Part shown: one piece after another, positions 21,361-31,456 of the stretch
How positions within the stretch are numbered: position 1 is the stretch's first letter
Layout of the letters: the number at the start of each line of letters is the position of its first letter
Notes under the pieces: generated by a model
What the model saw: only the letters and a program-made list of their open reading frames with translations
The model's database searches: none
What the model was told of the DNA's origin: nothing
Program-made: the position numbers and the translations under genes
Source: Salisapilia sapeloensis CBS 127946
Taxonomy: Eukaryota > Protista > Oomycota
Reading direction: 5' to 3'
Assembly (NCBI GenBank): GCA_023334545.1
Contig: JAADVB010000005.1
Location: 1 to 64,000 of the forward strand
Length of the DNA: 64,000 bases

Positions 21361-22270
21361 TCGAAGAGATGCTTTTAAGCTTTACAAAGACACTGCCCAT
21401 TTTAGCGTCCTACGTTACTTGCATTTACATTTATAAGATTATTTTATCTTGCTCTTAAGTATTTATGAGATCGTGATTAAATGAGGCCGCCTGCTTTTAC
21501 TTAACCGGGAACTAGCAGCTTTGAAGCTTACACTGCTCTGTCTGCATGTTGATCAATACTTTACATTTAAAAATTATCTATGAATCACTCGATATACTTT
21601 TCGTGCGGCTGCCGTCGCTGAATGAAAATAGTGAAGTCTTACAACAGATCACTTGCGGTTCGATTTTTCGGTTCCTTATCGTAAATTGGACAACATAAAC
21701 TGCAACACTACTCTCTGATATACACAAGTGTTGAATCTGCTGACGCTGGAAAAGTGAAAGTATCAGTGACAGCCGAAGATTGTCAAGATGCTGACAACTA
21801 CCCTCGACCAAACCATTTGTAGTATGAGCCATTGATCGCACACAAGAGAGGTTCTCATGGTTGAAAGATCCGAATTAGTCTAGCCGACTATGCGTGCTGT
21901 TGCTGGGTTGCTGCACTGCTTGACCTGCAACACAGAGCATAAGAGGGACGTCATCACTTTACATATCGATTTTGTATGTTGAAACGAAGAAGCGGCACAA
22001 ACGAAGTCATGACCCTTAAAATGTACAAGTAATTTCCTCGGTTTCCATCGGGTGCGGCTTTTCAGTGTAAAGTTGGCTGCATCAAGCGCCAAGCTATCAC
22101 TTAATCTACAGTTTTGTATTAACTGGAGCGACAAGTGCATCTGCACGATACCCGACATCAACAGTAGAAATATAACTGAAAGACCTCTTCGACTGATATG
22201 GAAGGCGACGATTACATACAAGCAGTTATTTTTAAACAAAGTGGGAAGTTTTCGTACGAAACTCGTTTCC

Positions 22271-24909
22271 ATGCCGAGAACGATCAAGTGCAATATCGCT
22301 ACATTTGCGAGAGTACGTCCGCTTCGGACCGACAGCGATGTTCAAGATCTTGTCATAGGTAAACTCTTTAGAAGTTGGAAATATTCATGTACTGCAAAAG
22401 CTTTTGGTGTCTCTCATATTGACTTCGTCTTGGATAGATGAACGGATGCTATCGGCTGGAAGTCCACAGAATGTCATTCGATTTCCCAAGACCGGCGAAG
22501 AAGATGAATGTACCAAATACCGAGACGAACTGAACTTTCGTTTTGTCAACGTTTTTGGTCCAAAAAGTAGTCAAGAGGATGTATTTAAACATGCCTGTTC
22601 CGTACGCTCCTGCTCTAGTCTTTATTCTCTACTTGACTAAGGCTTATGTAGGATGTTGTCTACAGCGTTCTGGACGGATACAATGGCTCCATCCTGTGTT
22701 ATGGTCAGTCTGGATCGGGGAAAACATACACAATGGAAGGGAATGAAGAGATGATGCAGTCTGGGGTAATTCAACGAGTTATCTCTACTTTATATGAGGA
22801 ATCCGCTCGACGACAAGAAGCTTTTACATTTTATGTATCCTACGTGCAAGTTTATAATGAGGTCTTATCCGACCTTCTGATGCCCAACACGAGTGCAATG
22901 AAGGCAAACTTTACTTGGCAGAGTTTCCAGTTCACAGGCGTAAAATACTTAGAGAAAGCATTCAAGGATATTGGGTATGTTCTTTCAAATTGTGGCATGA
23001 TCTCCGTCGTATGAGATTACATATTTGCTGAGTAGCATCTATCGCGCTGAGACTGAGGATGAAGCTTTGGAAATATTGCGTCAAGGAAGAAGGAATCGAG
23101 TGACGAGAGAAACTGCCATGAATCATGTATAAACATCATATAGCTTTGGTTGTGCTGTAATCTCATTGGAAACTTAAATAGGCTTCTTCGCGATCACATT
23201 CTGTGTATACGATTATCTTGGAGCGAAGATCGTCTTCTTCGGATCAAGTAGTCGTATCAAAGTTATACCTTGTTGATTTAGCCGGATCTGAGAGAGTGCA
23301 GAAGCAGAAAGGAACAGCAACTACACGTGCAGAAGGAAAGCAAATAAACCTGTCACTCCATCATCTAGAGCAGGTACTTGTACTCTTGTCACTTTATGAT
23401 TACTGTACTTAACGTTTCGGCTCCAGGTGATTTTGTCTCTTCATTCGCAAAATTCTTTGTCACCTTGGACGTATCATACACCCTACCGTAATTCGATGTT
23501 GACATCCTTGCTTCGAGGAGCAATTGGAGAACAATGTCGGACGGTATTCATCGCCACGCTTAATCCCGAAAGCGAATTTGATAATGAATCCATCTCGACT
23601 TGTCGATTTATGCAACGCTGCGCTGAGGTAGGTACTTCTGCTAGCACGAATTTAACGTTGATATAAAGGTTAGTGATGTCGTAGGTGTCATACAATGTGT
23701 CCATAACCACCAAAAAGGACAAAGAAGGCAGACTGCGTTTAATCTTAGAAGAAAACTCAAGGTTGGTGGAAAAAGTAGATCATTTACAGAGCCATATAAA
23801 GCAGTTAGAAACTGCCTTGTATGATGCCGACCATGAAGTAGAATACTATCAACGTCAAATAGAGGTTTTGGAGAGGAATCACGACAGCGAAGATGAACTT
23901 GCATGTGACTTTAGAGAATGTGAACAATTAGTTAAAGAAACACTGCTGTCCTTTGCCCAAGACGGGTTGGAAAGCGATAAGACTTCTCATGAGGCAGAAG
24001 GAAATGAGAGCCCACGGAATATTGACTTAAGTTCGGGCAATAGCAATGATGACAATACGGATGAAGAATTATCAAATCTACTCTTACAGCGCACTCGAGC
24101 TTCACTAGCGACTTGCATCCTTTCAATGCGACAAAAAATTAACCAAGCGCTGCGTGCGAAAAATACTCAGATTGACAACCTTCAGCATGAGCTGGAGAAT
24201 ACCAGAGCGCAGTTACAGGAAGAAAGGAAATCAGTAGAAACGTGCGAGAAAGAATGTGCTACGGACGATTTTAGCATAGAATGCCAAGACAAACAGACAT
24301 TGGCTCCTTCTCTAGGCAAGTCAAAGCATATCTACAAATCTCCTGATGCGGAAATGGTGCATCCAATCACGCTCGAAGATCTTCAACATAGTGACTATGA
24401 CACCTCTCTGCCTAGTCCGACAAAGTCTACCATTTTCCCAGATACTAGAAAGCTAGAAGATGACCCAGTGGAAGCGCAGCTCAATATGTTGCGGAATGGC
24501 AGTATATTTGTCAAGCATAGTCGATGGGGTCGACCTCACGCGCGCTTTATTTGGTGCACATCCGGACTGAGTTACTTGAATTGCCGCGCATTGAGCGAGC
24601 AGAAAATTCGGGAAGCAATATCGATTCGTTCTATCGAGCGCGTATCAATGGACAATAATGATGTCGGAACGCTTGGAAGTAGAAGAGATATAGCGCTCAC
24701 TTTCACGATACACCATGGTGGGAATCGGACGATGACGCTCGAGGTATGTTCCGTTCGGAGGTTTGTAATAGTCACTCTCGTCACGTATATCATGCTTCTT
24801 TTAGGTCGCAGACAGTGAAGATAATCGCCTAAAGGAATGCAAGCGAGTCCAATGGATGCTTGCGTTGAAGACACTTATAAATACGACCAAGCTAGAGAAT
24901 GTAAACTGA
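22271..24909 (+). CDS. Kinesin-9-like (KIF6/KIF9 type) motor with a coiled coil and a C-terminal PH-like domain, multi-exon
   Basis: Spliced motor domain has FARVRP, GQSGSGKT (P-loop), AMNH|ASSRSH (switch I), DLAGSER (switch II), INLSLHHLEQ|VI and PYRNSMLT. The tail has LRNGSIFVKHSRWGRPHARFIW and a last exon ..QWMLALKTL..TGA at 24907-24909. Confidence 0.85.
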
Positions 24910-24964
24910 AAGCTTCGTCTATTTATGTGTTCGCAAGGTTTCCAACATTCAAATGAAGCAGCTA

Positions 24965-26791
24965 CTACTGCTGTGCCTGACTTTCTCCCTCTGTAGTCAC
25001 CTGCTCCAAAGAAGTACTAGCAGTCAAATGTCCGTCCGACTTGATCTCACATTGTACGTCTTCTGTTTTTGTCGCTTTGCTCGGTTCAGCCTCTAGAATT
25101 TCTTTCGGGAATGAATGCACACGTCGCACTTCTTTTGGTGACTTCTGTGCCTCCATACTCGACGTCAAATTAGTGTAGTCCGACTCCATACGAACAAACT
25201 TGACAGGCGAGTCACTGGCATCGTTGTCATCTCCTTCGCTTTCAATCTTCAAAGCATTGTCAGCCAAAAACGTCGAGCGTCGATGCTTCGGCTCTTCCTT
25301 CTTCATTTCTACTGACGGACTTGAGCTACGACGATACCGTTGCTTCTTGGGAGAAGACACAAGTATGGGCTCCACAGCATGCTGGAACTGCATGCTCCGA
25401 CTGTGCGTCTTCATCATCTGCTTAAAGTCGTCAAAACCGACGTGACCATCCTTGTCCATGTCTGCTCGACTAATCATTTGGTGGCAAGCAGCAGCTCCAA
25501 AGTGTTGACCTAGTAGTTCCATCAGGTCTTCATGGTTAATCACCCCCGTGGCCTTTCGATCGAAGATCTCAAACGCCATACGCAGAATGTTTTCATCTGC
25601 TACATCCTCCGGTGGCAACGTAGCAGACACAAACTCGAGGAAGTTGATGCCGTGTTCATGCTTTTGATCTAAAGCCAGATAAACTTGATCCAGATCGAGG
25701 TTGTATTTGGCCAGACTGGTCGATTGTTTCAGTTCTTCCAGCGACATGTTTCCGTTGTGAGCCACATTGAGCTCATTGTACACTTTTGAATGTTCCACCA
25801 AGTGGTCGGGAGGTGTACAGAACGCTACGGCTGCCAAAGCGGAGCGCAAAAGAGGAGAGTAGTGACAGAATGCCTTGATGCGTGGAATGAAGGTGTCGTA
25901 CACGGATTGAGGGACAGGCACGTATCTGGATTTGATCCAGGGGTCTTCCAGCACTTGGGACGCGGTGTACCGCTGTGTCGGGTCTACCATGAGCAATCTA
26001 GAAATGAGTTTCTTCGCCTCCGGCGACACTATGTGCCACTCGGGTCCTTCAAACGTGTAAATGCCTTCGAAAATGGAGTCGATCAAATTCTCTTCCGTTG
26101 GTCCGTAGAAAGGAGGTTTGTTACTAAGCAGCATGTACATGATGACACCGAGACTCCATAGATCACAGCTCTGTCGATAGTTTCCTTCAATGACTTCTGG
26201 AGCCATGTAGACAATGGAGCCAAGGACACGACGCATGGGCACGCCCATCCGGAATAGCGTACTCGCTCCAAAGTCACACAGTTGGATCGTACTACCTTCT
26301 TCATCGACACCCATGAGTACGTTCTCGAGTTTCAAATCACGATGACAGATCTGACGACAATGCAGATACTGGATGACGGAAGCCAGCTTCATCACAACGT
26401 CTTTGACAAAATCTTCTGAAAAAGCATGGCCTCGTTCCTTGATCTTATCCAGCAACGTCCCAATAGTGCATAGCTCCATGATAATATAGAAATGCCGGTC
26501 GTCTTCATACGTTTCGACCATATTGACAATATTTGGATGATGCAGACCTCGGAGTAGATCCATCTCTCGCTCAAACTCGGATCGCTTCTGAGCCTTAGTA
26601 AAAGTCAGTGTCTTCATTGCATACTGCCGCTTCGTTCGCTTGTGCTCTACTTTTTCGACAATGCCAAAAGCACCTTTACCAAGTTCATTCAGGACCGTGT
26701 AGACTTCATTGGCTGGTCTATTGTGGTGGACACACAAGTTGCGTTGGAACATGTTCGGTCGCTCCACCTCCTTCGTGTGCATGCATCCCAT
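24965..26791 (-). CDS. Calcium-dependent protein kinase (CDPK) with EF-hands
   Basis: MGC acylation motif, LGKGAFG, HRDLKLEN, DFG and APE, then four EF-hand-like loops (the last, DMDKDGHVGFDD, is the most canonical). Confidence 0.93.
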   Translation of the reverse strand: MGCMHTKEVERPNMFQRNLCVHHNRPANEVYTVLNELGKGAFGIVEKVEHKRTKRQYAMKTLTFTKAQKRSEFEREMDLLRGLHHPNIVNMVETYEDDRHFYIIMELCTIGTLLDKIKERGHAFSEDFVKDVVMKLASVIQYLHCRQICHRDLKLENVLMGVDEEGSTIQLCDFGASTLFRMGVPMRRVLGSIVYMAPEVIEGNYRQSCDLWSLGVIMYMLLSNKPPFYGPTEENLIDSIFEGIYTFEGPEWHIVSPEAKKLISRLLMVDPTQRYTASQVLEDPWIKSRYVPVPQSVYDTFIPRIKAFCHYSPLLRSALAAVAFCTPPDHLVEHSKVYNELNVAHNGNMSLEELKQSTSLAKYNLDLDQVYLALDQKHEHGINFLEFVSATLPPEDVADENILRMAFEIFDRKATGVINHEDLMELLGQHFGAAACHQMISRADMDKDGHVGFDDFKQMMKTHSRSMQFQHAVEPILVSSPKKQRYRRSSSPSVEMKKEEPKHRRSTFLADNALKIESEGDDNDASDSPVKFVRMESDYTNLTSSMEAQKSPKEVRRVHSFPKEILEAEPSKATKTEDVQCEIKSDGHLTASTSLEQVTTEGESQAQQ

Positions 26792-26903
26792 TCTTGATGG
26801 CTTGGACGCTTCTTTATGGCTTTTGAACAGGCGATAGTAGGTGGACCTGTCGTCCGAAATGTTGGTCTGAACAGTTGGTACTTTCTTCCGTACTTGAGAT
26901 CAG

Positions 26904-27302
26904 ATGTGGAGGGTAGCGCTATACTTAGTAATCGCGATATTGTCGCGTACGAGCGTCTTCAGACGCGCAACTATTTTCGTAGTGAAGAGAACCGAGGTTG
27001 AGCTGACTCAGGACATGACGTCGGGAAGTTATATACGCGGTAGGAAAAAATTAGCTAACACGGAGTCGATTATAAGGGACTCGATGCTGCACTTAGTTAA
27101 TGTATGTCAAGTGTATCTTGACGCTTTGAATGGTAACGCAGAAACAGGACGATGAAAAGCTTCAAGTGCAATGCCGCATTCAGACACCTGGCGGCTACGA
27201 GACTTGGCGAGTGTAAGCAGGACCTCTTTTGCGCTTCGATTGGCGATAAGGTCGATGCACGACATACAGGGGTTTGTTGCTCACTTCAAGTCCTTCCTTG
27301 AA
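26904..27302 (+). CDS. Candidate multi-exon hypothetical gene (5' part only resolved)
   Basis: ATG ORF with a hydrophobic start (MWRVALYLVIAIL). GT-AG introns 27102-27147 and 27213-27250 keep the frame open (..MLHLVN|DDEKLQVQCRIQTPGGYETWRV|SMHDIQGFVAHFKSFLE), followed by a GTGAGT donor at 27303. Head-to-head with the CDPK. Confidence 0.35.
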
Positions 27303-28327
27303 GTGAGTGGTACCTTTTAACTGATGCTCGTCGTTCATTTGATCGATCTATTTGCAAATTATCTTTACGCATCGCTCCTAGCATAGGATTATAAATGTTC
27401 AAGCTGCCTTTAAGCTCGACGACTATCGCTCCGCGCTACTCTAGATATCACTATTGACATCTATTCGCCAACTTTCCGTTTCATGCATGATTTACATCGT
27501 ACAATTTTAGTCATATTTGTGAGCACGTGCCTTTAAGGATCGTCTGCATTTCTCCTCTTCGTGACGACCAATCTTGCTGTTTTGCAGCCTATGTCTCTTT
27601 TATATCGCCAAAGACGACGTGTTCAAGAGCATGGGATCAAGGTGTTCAAATAGCCAAATCCTGTTTTTGCCTCGACATGCACTTGCATCTAGAATTTGGC
27701 CTGACCAGCAGCTCGTATGCACTGAAAGTTGCAAAGTAAAGAGGCAGAGCATCTGCGTCTATATCAATTTGCAGTATTTAAGAAAGCCATTCTAGGTGAT
27801 ATTTATGAAACCTAGGAAGATAAGAGATGAAAAGCTTCATGTTGTGCACGTGAACCTTACCAACAATTTTTAATGAAGACGTGGAATTATTTATCACCTT
27901 TTGCGTTAGCAAGCTCGCTCTCTACATCCATTAATTTGGATACATTCACAAGAGCATTTAGCGATGATATCCTTCGCTGCAATAGCAAGTTAGATCTATC
28001 TTCGAAATGGTGCTATACATACAAGCATTAACGCCTAACGCTCAAATGCTATCGAATGGCCAGAATTAATGAACTACTACGACCAGAAGTTAGCATTAGG
28101 CTTATGGCATTTCCACTTTTGCTAATTTCCATCGGTGAACGGACACTTGGCAATTGGCTGCAGAGATTTCCTATGTGAGCGTAGTGGATAATAAGTACTA
28201 CAAATATACATGCAAACAAGAGATCATGTTGTACACCAGATACCAAAACCTCAACAAGGAATTCATTTTTCCTTAATTTTCATCTCAGGTAAAAGGAAGC
28301 ACGGCGGCCAAATGACAACCTAGATGG

Positions 28328-30139
28328 CTAGTTCTGCCAGAAAGAGGTAGCATTGGGAGAAAGACGCGGTAGTTGGTCTTCATTAAATCGCTCTTGCACC
28401 TTTTTCCAGCATCCGTGGTAGCACATACGCAGGTCTGCGAAAGAACCATCGTGATCGACTTGTACTTCTGATGACCTACAGCGACATGCTTTCGAAATGA
28501 CATCATGAACCAAGCTGTCGTGCAATAACGGCTCTGAGAATGAAAAGAAACTTCCTCCTCGACCAGCCTGTGAACCTGAACATCGTGTCGAACACGGATA
28601 TCCTTGCATATTCAAGTCACCAAACGTAACTATCTGATGATCTGAATCAAGATCTTTTCTCCTCGGCGTCGTAACTCCCCATTTTGCTACCCATTTTATA
28701 TTGTTATCATGTCTTCATCACATACCCAAAACAAGTACATACCATGATTTCCTGCTGCCGGTAATCCTCCAGTCAGTTTCCAAGTAATGTTATGCCATCT
28801 ACATTCGTATAGTAAGAATCGAGCGCTTTAATGGAAATAGCTATGCGACGTACGATGCTTGGATGAGATTCTCAATATTGTAGGAAGCAAGTCCAGACTG
28901 GATAAAGTGGTCCACTCCAGTGCCATCATCAACGCAGAACTTGTCAGGAATGGAAGTGTAGTTGTCGCCAGCACAGATATTCGACGTTCCGTAGTTACTG
29001 TCCCACCATGTTGCCACGCTCATATCCGATTCCAATTGATTCGCCACTAACGTCCATGGTGGAACGTGCGTATCTTTGCTTTTAATGACAACCTGAACAT
29101 CCTTTACTTTACTTTGTAAACGTAATGCCTCGACAGAAATAGGTAGACTGAGATTCTCCTTTCTGGTGTCGTCAAGAGAAGTGGAAGAGATGCTCGCTAA
29201 AGACAAATTGAAGGACGTAGAAGTGTTTACTGGTGCCAAATCCTTGTCTAAGAGCGCATGGTACAGATCGGAAAAGTTGGCACTTTTCGAGGCATTGAGA
29301 CCATCCTGGAAGAAATTCTTACTAGCTAGTAGAGCTCCAAGGTCATTGTCGTAAAAGTTACTCGAGCACACTCGAGCTGTCTGTAGGCCTTTTCCAAGAT
29401 GATTTAATTGTTCCATATCGAGGGATATGCCCATCATGTGCTGCGCATATCGAAGGTTATTGTTTGCTTGGCATCCAAGTCGAATGAACGAATCGTCTTT
29501 ATCGGACGATGGAGATGGGTCTGGAAAGTTTGGAGTAGACGTTTGGATAAAATAACCTCCAGAGTTTGAATCGAAGCCAACTGCTCCTTTGGCATGTGCG
29601 TTGAACAGGTCTCCCCCAGAACAAACATTATTATCGGATCGGCGACGCTCATCCTCCATATTAAGCTTCGAAGAGGTCGACGGTTGATATGTTTGAGCGA
29701 CATTGTTCAGCTGATCGTTAAAGTAGGCCCAGTAAAAGCTGGATGGAGCCGTCTGGTTATTCGTACGATACTGTTTTAGCGTGTGACTGGCGGGATCATT
29801 ACCGCCCTGACCAAGACAATCGTAACCTAGCTCTCGGAAATAGCGCAACGAGGGGTTACGAGCGTCTGCATATAGGTAGCACAGCCCAGTCGCACGCTCT
29901 TGGACGTCTAGCTCGGAAGTAGGAGCATTGGAGCAGTCTGGAGGCGGACAATCACACGGCATCGGGCCTGATTCCGAATCCTCTGGGAGCTTAAAGACTG
30001 CCCACCACTCCACTGGCTCGCCAAATCCATCTAGGGCAAGTACCTTCTTGTTATCCCCACTTTGAAAGGCAGAGGCCGCGGGGAAGAAGGATAGATGGAG
30101 CAATGCAAGGATGCAAATCACGGTACGTGTTTGCTCCAT
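28328..30139 (-). CDS. Deoxyribonuclease II family (PLD-fold acid DNase), secreted/lysosomal, 3 exons
   Basis: Signal peptide, PVEWWAVFKLP, YFNDQ, the first HxK motif AHAKG and TSTPNFP. Introns 28799-28853 and 28687-28742 give the second HxK motif NHAKW and then FGDLN..SQAGRGG. Confidence 0.88.
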
Positions 30140-30731
30140 GATGCTTTTATCTTTGTGTCTGTGAATACATCCAAGTCTGATTTTACGACAGAGTAAGTCT
30201 GATTTTGAGGAAGAAACATGTGTTTTTAAGGCACCATCTGCAAATTGAAAAGGGATATTTTATCTTACGAGCAAGCATTTTCACTGCAGAGGTTTTCCGG
30301 GTTCATATTTTCAAATCTATGATATGCGGCGATCGATAGGATGACTAGCAAAATTAAACCAAATAAAGCACTTAACGTATTGTCAAATTCGGCCAAATTT
30401 GCAAATCCTGCGAGATTTTATAATCGACTCAAAACAACATACATAATTCGATTGGTCAAAAGCTTTTTTCGTTCAATATGATTCGCTTTTATTTTACATT
30501 TATAGCTAATAGAAATCAAAATTGATGTCAGGTCGCGTTGAAGTTGTCGCCTTGTCAGACTTTCTGTGCATATTTTATTTCATACATATATTGATTTGAT
30601 CTGATTTTGATTTCCTTGAGCAATTGCATAAATCGCAAACGCAATTAAAAGCAGCACACGGAATATGCGTTGTGTTTTCAAATATCCTAGTAAAAACTTT
30701 TAGTTGAGTATAAAATTACGAAAATACTTGA

Positions 30732-31068
30732 CGCCGGTTTTTGCTTGATCTACTTGGTCAATTTAGACGACGAAAGTATCTTGCAAAGCGTACTTGGCGA
30801 AACAATATAATCCACTGCTTGTGCTATTCTTTCGGACGTACATTTTTTGCTGTAGCTAATCAAAATACACGTCTAACTGATCACCGTGCAACTTTAGTCG
30901 GTCTTCCGACCTTTGTGTCCTTGGAATGCCGATTTCTGTTCAAGTATGTTCCGAATAGCGTGATTGGACCGTCGTGGATAACTGACAAAAAACGATAACA
31001 TTTTCCTTTAAATTGGAGAGCTTTGCCGCCCCAATCTCCTTCGACGTTAATTGGGTTCCCCTCGACAT
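30732..31068 (-). pseudogene. Tc1/mariner (Tc3-like) transposase relic, N-terminal DNA-binding region
   Basis: Across three frameshifts it reads MSRGTQLTSKEIGAAK..., RRSNHAIRNILEQKSAFQGHK, VGRPTKVAR*SVRRVF*LATAKNVRPKE and IAQAVDYIVSPSTLCKILSSSKLTK*IKQKPA. These fragments are collinear with the Tc3-type paired HTH domain (MPRG..L; RSRH.IR; GRP; RR..R.AS; VS.RT..R.L). Confidence 0.72.
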
Positions 31069-31456
31069 ATCTTTATTTCTATTTGTTTCTCCAAGTGTCC
31101 GTATCTAGACTAGTTGAACTTGAGGTTTCTATAATGTACAATTTGTCCAACGAAAATGGCTGAAATCGCTACGATCAAGCTTTTTAGTTAATGTGTTTAT
31201 AATTTTTCACACCTAAAAATCCAAGCATAAGCTATTCTGGCTTCGTGCCTAATTTTTAATGGAAAAGGCTTGAAGTAAGGTATGGAGGCATCTAGTGACG
31301 TCTTTATACAGATGTACTGAGGTTTGAATCGCATCTAGTCTTTCAAAATGTCAAATAGTTCAGTACGTCTATAGTTCATAGTAGCACTGTACTCTCCATA
31401 AATAACATTGCTCCGTAAAATTAGCACCTTAATTTATGTACAATCGTATGTTATAA

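Noticed and set aside
21400-22260. Minus-strand ORFs 21578..21841 and 21880..22293
   Set aside because: No recognisable motifs, and no consistent splicing model could be built. A cryptic gene cannot be excluded without RNA-seq.
26904-27010. RxLR effector candidate (signal-like N-terminus)
   Set aside because: No RxLR-dEER motif follows the hydrophobic segment, and none was seen in the other secreted proteins.
27153-27155. In-frame TGA (GR*KA) as possible selenocysteine or readthrough
   Set aside because: A canonical GT-AG intron (27102-27147) shifts the frame so the TGA is not read in frame, and no SECIS evidence was seen.
3050-27500. Stop-codon reassignment suggested by in-frame stops in several unresolved segments
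   Set aside because: Well-supported genes in the window end on TAA, TAG and TGA normally, and long ORFs have no internal stops.
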